From Phoronis australis (lineage: Eukaryota > Animalia > Phoronida), in assembly GCA_002633005.1 (NCBI GenBank), contig NMRA01000153.1:146042-210041 (forward strand): DNA of 64,000 bases. Reading direction: 5' to 3'. Each line of letters begins with the position of its first letter. Position 1 is the stretch's first letter. The notes below the pieces were generated by a model. That model was not told the DNA's origin. It did not search any database and saw nothing but the letters and a program-made list of their open reading frames with translations. Shown here in pieces: positions 40,566 through 53,865 of the stretch. A program made the position numbers and the translations under genes.

Positions 40566-40610
40566 CATTGGTGAATTGTGCTGCTAACACGCCTGAGGTA
40601 TGTGTTACAG

Positions 40611-40697
40611 GTGAATCTGGCCTGGGTAAATCCACGTTGGTCAACAGTCTCTTCCTCACGGATTTGTACCCTGAGAGACATATTCCCACCTCATCAG
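40611..40697 (+). CDS. SEPTIN2: Septin coding exon 3, G1 P-loop
   Basis: TTACAG acceptor, GTTGGT donor, 87 nt; [29 protein letters not shown]. Confidence 0.95.
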
Positions 40698-41977
40698 GTT
40701 GGTATTACGATAACAAGTCTCCAGTTTTGTGCACTGAAAATTAAATGCATTGCTGAAGGCTTAAGCTTTTACTAAAATTTAGAAATGGGCAGTATTTGGC
40801 ATCCAAAATTCAAGAATTACGATCATCGGCAAATGATCGTTCACCTTGATGTTGTACACTATGGAAATGCATGAAAGGGTTGCATCGGCCGCTATTTTCA
40901 ACAATTTTTTGAACTACCAAGTCTTCAGTTTCTGTTGATACAAAACGCAGTGTCTACTATTTTAGAAATATGATATATGCCAAAACTGCTCATTTTTCAG
41001 TCTTCAAAATCAGAAAATCCAATTTCAGCTTGAATTCTGATGTCCCAAACTATCCCAAAACCATGCTGATGTTGTCTTGGTGATAGAGGCGCTGTCCTTG
41101 CTGTGGTTTGGGCCATTGGCATGTGTTGTTTTTACCTGTACCTGATAAGTGCTTTAACTCGTCAGTCATAACATTTTTTTTGATATAACAAATTGTTTAT
41201 TGTCTGCATGGTTTTCATGACCCTCTTGGTAAAAACTTACTAATTTCAAACAAAATTAATTGCCATATTTATTTGTTTTCATTTTTTGAGTGCACTCAAT
41301 TTATCATAACATTGTCTGAAGATAAGTACTTGAAGTTGATGAGGCCTTCGCTTGGTGCAACTCGTCTTTTATGAAAAAAATGCCGCTTGTCCACCATGTT
41401 GTGTCCTAAATTGGTGAGATGCATTGGAGCCTACCTGACGTCATACCGGATAATAGAACATCCCCGTTTTTGTCAAAAATGTCAAAAAATGAATTATTTA
41501 ACTTTAAGCTTATGTAAAAGAACGTGCATTATTTATTGTCACATTTCCGGTTGTTGCCGTTAAAAAAATCACCAAAATTGAATCTCGCCTGCTTATTAGC
41601 ATTACAAACCTCCACATGTCCATCTAAAAGTCAACCCAAGGCAAACGTGGCGAAGGGGATAAAATTCATTTGTTTCTGATTTAGCCGTGTTGCTCTGATA
41701 CATTCCACTTTGCATGATCAGCCTATGAGAATGGTTACAATCGCCACCAAGTCGGAACCCATTTTGTGGATTATTTTTTTAGTTCTTCAGCTTCTATTCT
41801 GAGTACAGGAACAATTTGAGGCCAGTTTTATGATGGAAATTGTCCTGAATTAAAAGATAAGTTTTTGGTGGCAAACGGTTTTATAGCACGTTTATGAGGA
41901 AGAGTAGAAGGACTAAAAATGCTCTTTCCAAATTAATACCATTGTTCTGTTTGTAGCTCTTGGTCATTTTGTTTCAG

Positions 41978-42101
41978 AAAAAATCCAGCAGACGGTGAAG
42001 ATCGATGCTTCCACAGTTGAGATTGAGGAAAGAGGTGTCAAGCTACGGCTGACAGTAGTTGATACGCCAGGCTTCGGCGATTCTATAAATAATGGCGACT
42101 G
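41978..42101 (+). CDS. SEPTIN2: Septin coding exon 4, G3 DTPG motif
   Basis: TTTCAG acceptor, GTATGT donor, 124 nt; [41 protein letters not shown](C). Confidence 0.95.
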
Positions 42102-42561
42102 GTATGTGTTTGTGCCCCAATTATCGTCTGGTGGATCCGAGAATTGCTTTCAGTACCTTTAATTTCTCTTGAGCTAAATTACCTTTCATGGTGTCCTTAC
42201 CTCCATCAACCAAGGTTGGTGTAACACATCATCTAGGATCTTCAGTGTTTTTTTTGCATTTAGTGAATTTTTTCATGGTTTTACTATAGTTGCTTGGGCA
42301 ATATGCCAGTTGCCTCATCTGTTACATTGATTGACAAGTGTTATTTTACTCTTATTTCTCTGTTAAACTCTTATTCTTTGCCTCTGAGGATAAAACTAAT
42401 AGATAGTTATGTCTCATCAGTGGCATTCTCCTGTTCAATCCTGATCAGTTTGACCAATTTACAGACTAAAAGTGTGGTATCCTGGTGAAGTCGGGCATCT
42501 GTTAGTTGTTCAGCAGTTGTGACTCGGTTAATCTCATTTGTCTTGTCTGGTATATTTTCAG

Positions 42562-42696
42562 TTTTAAAACCATCATCCAATACATTGATGATCAGTACGA
42601 GAGGTATCTCCATGATGAGAGTGGCCTCAACCGGCGCAACATAACTGACAATAGGGTGCACTGCTGTTTTTATTTCATCAACCCAGCCGGCCATGG
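42562..42696 (+). CDS. SEPTIN2: Septin coding exon 5
   Basis: TTTCAG acceptor, GTATGT donor, 135 nt; [44 protein letters not shown](G). Confidence 0.95.
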
Positions 42697-43162
42697 GTAT
42701 GTACAAACATAACTGACAATAGGGTGCTCTGCTGTTTTTCTTTCATCAACCCAGGCAGCAGTGGATACAAACATGTCCTAACACGGGTCAGGCATCAAAA
42801 CTATTTGAACTTGCCATGAATTGCTGGTTGTCATGCCAGATGTTAAATTTAAGTTGTTGTCATTGGGTATAGAGTTAAAAATCAACTTCTACAGTTTCTA
42901 CTTTCAGACAATATGTACTTTCAATACTTTGTTGATATTTGACTAAATGCTCGGACTTGTCGATATGGTCTTACATAATCTTAATGATTGTTTTTTTACT
43001 TTGTTTTCAGTAGCATAACTGCAAGCAGTCATAGTCAAAAGTTAGTTTTTTCTTCCACGGGTTTATAGAAGATTTGAGGTCATGTGACTTGTTTTTTCCA
43101 TGGCCATATCGAGGGCCCAAAACACTTGTACCTGTATGTTTAAATGGTGTACTGTGTTGTAG

Positions 43163-43280
43163 CATGAAGCCATTAGACGTTCAGTTTATGAAGGCTATTC
43201 ACCACAAGGTCAATGTTGTCCCTGTCATCGCCAAGGCTGACACGCTCACAAAAACCGAGGTGCTGAAACTGAAGAGAAGG
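43163..43280 (+). CDS. SEPTIN2: Septin coding exon 6, G4 AKAD motif
   Basis: TTGTAG acceptor, GTAAGT donor, 118 nt; [39 protein letters not shown]. Confidence 0.95.
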
Positions 43281-43751
43281 GTAAGTGTGTCTGTCCAAAA
43301 GGTGGCAGTGTCTACCTTTACACCATTCATTCCAATAGTTGCGTATTGGCCACCAAAAGGTATGTTTTGTTTTGAGCTAGTTTATAGCCCAACTAAAGAT
43401 TTCAATGGCGAGCGATGTTTGAGAATTGAGGTTTGATTTTACATTTTGAGCTGGTTCTTCATTTCTGCATCTTGAACAAATACGTTGGTATGGTGTTTAA
43501 AGAAACTAGGGTGTTCCCTTGAGTTTCAGATGGTAGACGGTCTCCAAAGTAAAACTGTTTACAACCATTGTCACAAATCTGTGCAAATTTCTGTACGAGT
43601 ACCTGTCAAAGTTAAAAAGTGTCGTTTCCGATGAATTGGGTATTATTGGTATTAAACTTGTGCCAACTGTCACTCACCTATCATCTCGTGAACTTTCTGC
43701 TGCTTAGTATATTGCACTAAATGTTGCAGAGAGGCAGACTCGGGCGAATAC

Positions 43752-44237
43752 TGATATAAAACAACTATAAACCCACTTTCCGCCACGAAGACCAATTTTT
43801 TGTTTAGACCACCTACCTTCATGAAATTGTCTCAAAATTTTCCTTAACGAAAATAGGTGTGATTTCCGGGCATGGAAATAACCGACAGTCTTTTGTAGCT
43901 CGATAGCAGGCTGTAAAGGTTAACCTGCCACAGTGTGTTGTCACTGCGTGCCGTTTGTTTCTCCGGACATGGTCTTCAGGAATGACGATCTGGCAATTGA
44001 CCTATCACCAGGATTTTAAATGAAGGCTTAACTGACCAATCAGAACGCAGCATTCTTGACACACCTTCGTTTCCAAGCCGCCATTTTACCCGACAAACAA
44101 CAGGTTGCCGGGTAAAACTTATTGTTTGTCTGTCAACATTGCGCAAGGGGTGGAGCTTGCAATAGGTCAATTCTTTGCTAGACTAAAAATCTTGGTTTCT
44201 TTGATGGAGAGCGAGTTTATAGCTGTTCTAAATCACT
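43752..44237. mobile_element. MITE with long imperfect TIRs
   Basis: TGATATAAAACAACTATAAACCCACTTTCC... matches the reverse complement of ...GGAGAGCGAGTTTATAGCTGTTCTAAATCA over ~55 bp. Confidence 0.7.
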
Positions 44238-44370
44238 TTTATTGAGTATTGTTTACCAGAATTGTTAATGTTACACTACGCTTCATTAGGCTGCATAAAG
44301 CAGATTTTTTATTCTTACGTGGTCTGAAATGCTTTATAATATGATTTTGCTTGTTTTCGGCATTTCATAG

Positions 44371-44472
44371 ATACTAGATGAGATAGGCGACCATGGAATA
44401 CAGATCTACACTTTACCTGAGTGTGATGATGATGAAGATGAAGAATTTAAAGAGCAGTGTCAACAGCTAAAG
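44371..44472 (+). CDS. SEPTIN2: Septin coding exon 7
   Basis: TTTCATAG acceptor, GTAAGA donor, 102 nt; [34 protein letters not shown]. Confidence 0.95.
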
Positions 44473-44558
44473 GTAAGAAATTAGTGTAATATAAATGACA
44501 ATATAAAAATATCTTAAAACGGACAATCACCGCACAAATGAAAAAATTCATATTGATT

Positions 44559-44591
44559 CAACGTTTCGTCTATTCATTAGACATCATCAGG
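44559..44591 (-). ncRNA. Minimal hammerhead ribozyme motif, Penelope-like retroelement type
   Basis: Minus strand reads C-CUGAUGA-U-GUCUA-AUGAA-UAGAC-GAAA-CGUUG: both core boxes, a 5-bp stem II and a palindromic stem III (AACGUU). Confidence 0.7.
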
Positions 44592-46010
44592 TTATAAACA
44601 ATAAGACATCAAATTTCGATATACCAGCCATGTTACATCCATGAAGTGAAATGAGTGAGGCAAAAAACTGATGTAATTATAAATATCTTGTCTCTTAAAG
44701 TAAAGGCTTAAGCGGAGGCATTTTTGATAGTATGTTAAGTAAAAATACAAATCATATCCGATCATGTAAGATACATTTGTCTGTGTTAATTGGTCTATTG
44801 AGGGTAAAACGTTAGTTTTCCCCAACAACGTTCTAATTTGTCGTGCTGCAACTACAAGGTTTTGCTTAAAAAATTCATTAGATTGCAAGTTAGCTTAATA
44901 TTGTGTCGTGTACAGATAGGACAGTCAAGAAAGAACGAAGTGCCTCTATAAAGCAAACAAAGGCAGGCAACTAAAATCGATCACTTGATGTTATACAAAC
45001 CATGATGTGGCTAGATTACTTAGTTATTCCTTGTGTCACAGCTCCAGTCTAGACCTAGTAGTGATGGATCCATATTCTGTTGTATATTGTGCAACTCATG
45101 ACCAGCTCCTGGTTGTGATGTGATGTTTATTAACACAATAACACAATCAGGAGCCAGAAATTAGAACACAGGCTGACGCCAAGGGACTGAAATTAAAGGG
45201 AGCTAATTATAATGTAGACATTAACTCAGCGAACACTTCAATACTAGCGACACCTATTGCGAGTTACTCATCAGGTGCAAAGTAAACAGATACACTTATT
45301 TGTGGAATTGTTAAGTCTAGAAGCCGTTTTCCAATGAATGTGAACACAGAACTCAGGTGATATTGGGTGCACCTATTTTTGGAACTGTCAACACTAGAAT
45401 CTGTCCTAACTAGTGCTTGGCAGTTGCCAAATACAAGTGAACAACTAAACATCGTTATAAACAGTTAATAACTTTCAGCAACCAATATGAACTTAGAAAT
45501 ACCGTGATCACTGAGTGTTTGGAACTGCCAAAGGTAGAATCAATATCACTAGCAATTGACCATTGCCAAATTAAACTGGACATCCAGACTTCATGTCATG
45601 GTCATTCGACTTATAAACAGATACAACTATCTACAAACTTGTACTGCGAATTCAAACAAACATAGAAATACTGTGATCATAGAATGCACTTGTGTTTGGA
45701 ACAGTTAAGGCCAGAAGCTATTTAACTTGTGGTTGGCAGTTGCCAAATTAAAGTGAACACCCATACGTCCCAGTTTGATTTTATTATAAAATAGTTGAAT
45801 TTGATGTGCTTTCATAGCTTCGTAAAAACTGGAGAGTTCGTTATTGCTTAATATCAATAGTACTGATACTTGATGAGAATTGTGAAAGCGAAACATGGCA
45901 GTACCATCAAAATGAACAGTGCTAATTACAATCTCATCAGCACTGAAGCCTTTAACACTACAACCACACTATTGAGATTGAGAGTCATTGTAACAGTAAT
46001 ACCTAAACAT

Positions 46011-46238
46011 CAGGGCTTGGAATGACCAATGACAAAAAACGCGGAAACTTTGAAACTTTTACGGCCCAAATCATGCCCGATAACCATCCTTGAAATGGTC
46101 AATGTGACAAAAAACCGGGAGGACTAAAAAAAAAAAAAAACGTTACCACCATCAGTAGCATGCGTCTGCGTCCTTTTAGCTCGCCCGTCCACTCCCAACC
46201 CACACATTTTTGGCTGCAGAGCGGTAGTATTTGTCACT
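46011..46238. mobile_element. Inverted copy of the hAT-like MITE at 53357-53865, running into the gap
   Basis: Begins CAGGGCTTGGAATGACCAATGAC, the reverse complement of the 53865 end; co-linear for ~225 bp. Confidence 0.85.
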
Positions 46239-46392
46239 NNNNNNNNNNNNNNNNNNNNNNNNNNNNNNNNNNNNNNNNNNNNNNNNNNNNNNNNNNNNNN
46301 NNNNNNNNNNNNNNNNNNNNNNNNNNNNNNNNNNNNNNNNNNNNNNNNNNNNNNNNNNNNNNNNNNNNNNNNNNNNNNNNNNNNNNNNNNNN
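46239..46392. other. Assembly gap
   Basis: Run of N. Confidence 1.
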
Positions 46393-49300
46393 CTTCTCAT
46401 GATGGTAATTCGATTCGTGAGGAGATCAACAACTCTCTAAAATTGTATAGCAACTACAACCGTAAAAATATGACAATCATTGAGGATTCTTAAGTGCTTG
46501 GCACCAGTAATATTGATAAGCGATGAGAAGTGTGAAAGCTACTCATCACACCGGATTGTGCTAGCCTGTTTTTTATCAGCTATCCACAACCTTGTGTAAT
46601 GAACAGAGTCCACTAGTTAAGAAAAGATGGCAATAAGGTATTGCTTAAATGAAGACTAATTATGAATGATGAGATTAATAGCCTGTCAAGCCTAAAAATT
46701 AACATCCACAGAACTCATGAGGGTCATGGTGTGGTGTGAAAGCTATAACTTCTACATTAAACACAAGCATAGGAATACGATGGTCATTGATTGCACTTGT
46801 GTTTGGAATTGTCAAGGCTAGAATCTATTTAACTAGCTTTTAACAATGCCAAATTAAAGTGAACGTACACTTCCCATGATGGTCATTCCATTCATAAGCA
46901 GATAAGGTGATCATTGGGTGCACCTATTTTTGGAACTGTCAAGACTAGAATCTGTTCAACGAGTTCTTGGCAGTTGCCAAATCTAAATGAACACCCAAAC
47001 TTGCCACGATGGTCATCATTTTTAACAGATAATTACTATGAACAAGTTGAAAAAACATGCCAGTATTATCAAAATGAACAGTGCTAATTACAATCTCATC
47101 AGCATTGAACATTTCAACAATACCACCAAGCTATTAAAATTGAGAATCATCGTAATATTATTTAAAAACTGAAACACTAATGATGACGATGCATGTTGAG
47201 CGCACCTATGAAAGCTACTTATTACTCTAGTTTTTGTTGCCACATGGTTATTGACTATTTACTTTTACATCCAATTTCCGAAATAAGTTAACTGTCAAAG
47301 TACTAGTGATATCACTGCAAAAACTGTCCAAGAATTTCTGCATTGAATACGAATATGGAATACAATGGTTATTGTGTGCACTTGTGTTTGGAAATGTCAA
47401 GGCCAGATTCCATTTAACTGGCTCTTAACAATGCCAAATTAAAGTGAACACATACACTTCTCATGGTGGTCATTGTATTTATAAGGAGACGACTACAAAT
47501 TTGTACAGTGAATACGAACATAGAAATATAGTGATCATTGAGTGCAGTTATGTTTGGAACTGTCAAAGCTAGAATCTAATGTTAACCAGCTGTTAACAAT
47601 GCCAAATCCAAATGAACACCCACACTTCTCATGATGGTAATTCGATTCGTGAGGAGATCAACAACTCTCTAAAATTGTATAGCAACTACAACCGTAAAAA
47701 TATGACAATCGTTGAGGATTCTTAAGTGCTTGGCACCAGTAATATTGATGAGCGATGAGAAGTGTGAAAGCTACTCATCACACCGGATTGTGCTAGCCTG
47801 TTTTGTATCAGCTATCCACAACCTTGTGTAATGAAAAGAATTCACTAGTTCACAGTTGACAAAACTTGACAATATTATTAAAGTGGGCAGTGCTAATTAG
47901 AGTATTATGACCACCACTGTACAGTTCAACACCACTGCCATGCTATTGAGAATTAAATTTGTGGCTAGACATGTTTTGTTGGAATTATTAAGTCTAGAAA
48001 CAATATCATTTACACTTGACAATTGACTTTTGAGTGATAAATCTACCATATGAAATTCACGGAAAATTGACCGGTGTTCTTGTTGAGGTCAAGAAATTGT
48101 TGAGAATTTATTGTGCGTAGAACTACACTGGAGTGTGCCGACATTAAATCTCAGCCAGCACATCTTCAGTGCAATAAACTACACAACTGCTGGTGCAATT
48201 AGAAACACCCCACAAGACTTAAAATTTCTGTCAAAGTTGCTGTTAAAGACCCATGACTGAAACTCAATAGTTTCGTTGGTGGACGCCGAGTTACTCACCT
48301 TGACTACATTGGATCTCTGAGGAAGCTTGTGCATCATAATTCTCTGACCAGTTTTCCCACATAACTCTGAGTGTACATTGCTCAGGAAAAGAGGTGACTG
48401 ATTTTGGGGTATCATTGCAGTGTTTAAATAGCCCACCAGTGTAGGATCCCTCTCTGGAAGTAACCAATCAGCAAGCATATCACGTTGTCCAATCAAGCGA
48501 AAAATGATTGGTCACAGGCATCAGTCCTGGAGAGGGAGTTCAGGCCTATTCATGGATTTAACTGGACAGGATTGCCTGGGGGATTAGTACCCACTGGGAT
48601 TAACAATCAACATACAAACTGTTGGCATCTGTCTACCTCATACTGTAGCACACCTCATAATTACCTTAAATTTGTTGGGGGTAGTGTACTGAAAGTTTAC
48701 TTTGAACTAGTAAATTTTCAAAAAATGACATGTTTGGTACAAATTCATGCATCTTTGTAAGGTCTTAATACTGTAGGTTATCTTTTATGTGATGAATACA
48801 ACAATAACAAGGTTTTTATGGACTTGTTCTATTTCCTTGGCCATAAATTAGTTTTGAAATATTAAAGATTTGATATTTTTTATTTCTCACTGTTTTCATT
48901 TTATTTTCAAATCTGTTGGTTAAAATAATCATGTAAGATACTTTTTCGTAAATAAATTCTATCCTAAATGATTTAAACTACAGTAAATGCAAGTGTTGAT
49001 TTTGCTTTTAGTAGCTTTTAAGCTAGTTAAATAGATTTATGTTTTGTGTGTCTAATAAATGAAGTTGGCATCCAAAAAGCATACATTTCATTTTAGAATA
49101 ATAATCCAATCGTAATTTTCAATTTCAACATTTTTGTTCTGATCAGTATTGATTTTAAGATCTAGTGCTTCCAAGTATTGTTAGATTTGTCTCTGTTTAA
49201 AACAAATAGATGTTGGTGTTTGTGTTTTTTTATCTTTATCTTTTGTAATTTTTTCTCGTACCACAGACTAAGAATGGTGCTGTGATTTGGGCGTAATATT

Positions 49301-52300
49301 CATTTAATTTCTGGGTAGGTTCTTTTAGACTAGATTGTTTGCTATCAAATTAATGAGTTAAAGACACTGTTGAACTGTCAAATATTCGTCTTCTTGGTTA
49401 TTTTATATCTTTACTTGGTTTAACTAAAGCAATAAAAGTGCTTGAATATATATATATACAAATCAGTAATATTCGTATCGTGATATTTTTAATCTTTTGT
49501 TACTGGACATATTGTTATCAATTTTCAGGAAACAATGTATTTTTGAATATCTTGAGTACAGAATAAAATAGATGGTCTTCCATAATTGTTTTGTTTTCAT
49601 AACCCAACTTGTTGCATCATATTTATTTGTTGTGTTCTCTTCACTTAATTATATCTCGCAACTTATAAAATATGAACAAGTTCTGAACTATACTTAAAAA
49701 TTATAAAATGTTATCACTGACAGTTTTTTAATTATAAATTGTAGTATTTTGTCTCTCGTTAAACTTTCACATGTTTTACTGCTGAATATAATTATTTTTA
49801 TTTTCTGTTCCTATGTGGAAATGATTTTGTCCATGAAATTAGTCCTGCTTGTTTTTGTTACAAGATGCTTTCTGAATTTAATTTTTTGGTAATTCTCTTA
49901 AATCATGGCCTTGTATTTGTTGAGTGAATGGGTGTAATATTGTTTTAATTTCTGGATTGTTTTTTGGGCTATAATTGATAGCTATCAAAGTAACCAGTAA
50001 AAGACTGCTGGTTGGTCAAAATATATTTTTTCTTGGATTATTTTGGAAATAAAACCACCTAGAAATTCATAACTACTGTTTAAGATTTACAGATTTATAA
50101 TATTCATGCCATTAATTTTAATCTTTTCCTACTGAATGTATAATTATCAATTTACAGAAAACCCTATATCTTTAAATATCTCAGCACATGATAAAGTATA
50201 TCATCTCCCGTGTTTTTATGCAAGTAACCCAACTTGCTGCATCATTGATATTTATCTGTAGTGTTTTCTCCACTAAGTTATGTCATGGTATAAGTTTTTA
50301 AGGTGTAAATTTATGTTGTTAAACTTTCACATGTTTCACTACTGAATGTAATTTATGTTTATTTTCTGTTGGTTGTAAGATGTTTTCTGAATTTAACATT
50401 TTCCTACATTACAGTGTGAAACAAAAAGAAACAACATGCCTAAAAAGCAATTAGTAAAGCACATTTTTTTTCTTTTCAATTATACTGGGCAATCATATTT
50501 TGAAGACCCAGTGTTTTTGATTTAAGACAGTTAAACTGATGCATGATTTAAAAGATATTTTTTACCACAGCACTTTTACAATTTTTACCCTATCTCCCTT
50601 ATCCAAATAACCCAATTCCCCTAACCATGTCTTTTCAAATTTGTTCCTTGTTGTTAAATTAAGGAGGTTCTCTATAACCTGTTTGATCTATTGACTGGTA
50701 TGGTGAGGGACATTATCCCACTCAGTGATTTAACTAGGCAGGGTTACCCATGGGGATTAGTGCCTGCTGGGATAAACTGCCAACTGGTGGTGTGTAGTTG
50801 CAGCTGTCTATTTCATGCTGTTAACCTGAGAATAGTTTCTTTTCATTTAAAAAGGTGTAGTTAACAGCACCTTGACTAATAAACAAGCTATTGTTAAGAA
50901 TTGTTTGGTGTTTATATACATGTCAAGATCACTCTTATGTTTATTATGTTTGTATGGGTATGGTATCCTGATGATTGTGGCCTGTTGTACTGGACATCCA
51001 AGTATCAATATTCAACAGGAAATTTTAAATGGGCAAAAGAATTAATTTGGTTTATCATGTTGCCCTAGTGACGTAGTTGTAGGTTTTTGTGTGCTTATCT
51101 TGGCAGAGTGTAATTTCTAAACTGAAAAATTATTAAATCCGTCTAGTATATCAGCTCCTATTTGAATACCAAGTTCAGTGAGATGGCTTCAGTATCAGTA
51201 TCTTATTAGAACCATTGCAACAAATTTATTTTAGTAAAACATATTATCTCTAGTACATGTTTTTGTGCATTTAGTAAAGGGCAAGTGAAACTTAGACTTA
51301 TTTTTTGTCAGTGCACTATGGGGACACCTATTTCTATGGATTAAGCAATTTTTTGGTTTTAATATTTTAGGTTACATATTGGTGAAAGATCTACTTTTTA
51401 GTTTTGTTTATTGCTCACAGAGTATCACGCATGTAGTATTGTTTTTATTTAAATTTCTTGAATATTTGAAAAATATGTATTTGTGATTATTGAGCTATAA
51501 GTATGTATTCTAGTAAAATTCATGCTGAGAAAAATACCTTGGAACAGTAGGGCAAATTAACTTTATTTGTAAATATTAATTGAATAAGCTGCATTATTTT
51601 GCAAACACTCACATTGTATATCTATCCCTAATAACTAAACAATAAATAACAAAAAGATTTTAAATTGTAATGTAACTCTGATACACCTTATTTTTCATAT
51701 TATTGATTTGCTCTCCATAGTGTATAAAAAATTCCCCACGATTCTTAAGTTCTGAGTTTGCTTTTAATGCAAGTTGTTTGTTACACTGTATCAGGGCACA
51801 CAAAATTGGAAACAATTTTTTTTAAAATAGGAATTCAGTTAAAAGCCTGTCTTTTCAGTGGTATTAATCAAATTAATCTCGTTTTGAAGGCCTAGCTTGT
51901 GCGTTGCAGCAGTTACTTGGATTTTTATTATTCATTTCCATCCTATTTCAGTGGTTAAGTGTTAAAGATATGTAGGACTTTATTGACATGTCTTTAAATT
52001 TAGCTAAATATCTACAATTAAAGTATAGCATTTAATTCAGAAAAAGTGATATTTTCTGTAAGCAGAAATTCATTAGGATTTAATTGTTGACTTTATACAA
52101 ATATATGCTTATTGTTATTGTCTCTCCATAGTCATTCAAAAGTGGGTGAGAAACATTCCTTATAGTTTCTTGAAATGCATAACAGGTAGTATTCATTTTA
52201 AAGCTTTGTATGAATCCATTCAGCCATTTCCGAGATATGATCTTCAGAAGTGCCAATTTTTTACATTTTTTATGTAGTTTTACATTACCTTAGTATTGGG

Positions 52301-52840
52301 CATCCTCTTTGATTTGGTTGCCAGATCAAGGTAATTTTGTAAATGTTTAGTACAACAAGTTTAATGTCTAATACTTGGATTTAAGTCCAGAAAATGCTAT
52401 TTCAGGGGGTAAAACTCCGTATTTGATTGAAGACAAATGCCTTTTTCTTATGACAATTTAGGGATTATTTTAAACTATTTTCCCAATAACTTGTATTGAA
52501 AATTATTAACTGGACCCCAATTTTTACATAGTTTTTTATCTATATTGGAAACTGAAGAAATTTTGCTGTAATTTGTTTGCTTGATAAAGTTTTGCCCCAT
52601 CCCTGGATTCAGCTAAGCAAGGTTACCTGTGGTGGATTATCCCCTGCTATGATGAACTGTGACTAATTGACAGGTGACATACTGACAACTCCTGGGAATT
52701 ACCCTTCAGTTGAAGAAGGTGTTGTATATTAAAAATTGACATTGAAACAACAAACTAAACAAGAATGACAGGTTCCCTGTCAACCTGTAAATCATATTCT
52801 TCTTTATTTTTCTTTGGAATGACTAAGTGTCCTAGTTTTC

Positions 52841-52920
52841 AATGATTATCTTGTCATTATGCAAGATTATTACAAAGATAATGATTATCTTGTCATTATG
52901 CAAGATTATTACAAAGACAA
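52841..52920. repeat. 39-bp tandem duplication
   Basis: AATGATTATCTTGTCATTATGCAAGATTATTACAAAGA twice. Confidence 0.9.
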
Positions 52921-53356
52921 TTGGCTAATGTGTGTAGTTAAGTGGCAAATATTATTTGTCAGAAACCTCTTCTCTTACAGTATATTTTTCTTGTTCATTA
53001 ACCTATCATATAATCACTAACCATTATTTTTTGTATGAAATTTACAAAGTCTATTTTTATTCTACTGGCTACAAAAGCATGTCTGTAATTTTCTAAGGTC
53101 TTTTAGCTAATAACTCCACTGTCAAAAATGAAGTTGTCATAATTCTTTGACAAAAAGCAGTCTTAATTTTTGACAATTAAACTGTTGGGCTGGAAGGACT
53201 TAAAAGAAAACTCCAGATACTGTTTTGTAAGTAATGAAATAAGGAACTAGAATTTACAAGTTCGGTGTGAAAAAAATGTTTTAAAAATTCAGCATCTAAA
53301 TGAAAAATCCTGTTTTTATAAAAAATGTATAAAAATGGAATTCATTGCACATAATA

Positions 53357-53865
53357 CAGGGCTTGGAATTTTCCGCGGAAACGCGGATTTCCGCTTTTTT
53401 CAAATGTGCTTTCCGCTTTTTTTTATTTTTTCGAGTAAAAAAATCGGATTTGATGTAAAATTTCCGTGGCAAATTCCTTTCTTACCACGGCGTTGCAGAC
53501 GACGTTCACCTTGAAAAGCGGAAGTTGCTCTTTATGTTTCGGAGGAACGTAAATTGTCAACATTGCCGGGGCACCTGGGACAGCGTGGTGGGATTTTCAA
53601 TGGCGTCTCGTGTTATTGTTAAGCGCGGCACCAATACTACCGCTCTGCAGCCAGAAAGTGTGTGGGTTGGGAGTGGACGGGCGAGCTAAAGGGACGCAGA
53701 CGCATGCTACTGATGGTGGTAACGTTTTTTTTTTTTTTTAGTCCTCCCGATTTTTGTCGGGGAAAGGTTCACATTGACCATTTCAAGGATGGTTATCGGG
53801 CATGATTTGGGCGGTAAAAGTTTCAAAGTTTCCGCGTTTTTTGTCATTGGTCATTCCAAGCCCTG
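53357..53865. mobile_element. hAT-like MITE with 6-bp TSD
   Basis: TIR CAGGGCTTGGAAT / ATTCCAAGCCCTG with ATAATA on both flanks; a decayed relative follows at ~53910-54137. Confidence 0.85.

Larger units (their letters stand above)
45340..47990. repeat. Degenerate complex satellite (~130-150 bp subunits), interrupted by a hAT-like element and a gap
   Basis: Recurrent GTGATCATTG.GTGCAC...TTTGGAACTGTCAAG.CTAGAATC...TGCCAAATTAAA.TGAACA blocks. Confidence 0.75.

Noticed and set aside
46393-46620. Near-identical duplicate of 47624-47850 as a recent segmental duplication
   Set aside because: It abuts the assembly gap inside a satellite; cannot be told apart from a haplotype or assembly artefact.
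50735-50775. Peptide RQGYPWGLV resembling septin YPWGVV, as an alternative exon 8
   Set aside because: Similarity limited to 4-5 residues, no splice sites, and sister copies are frameshifted.
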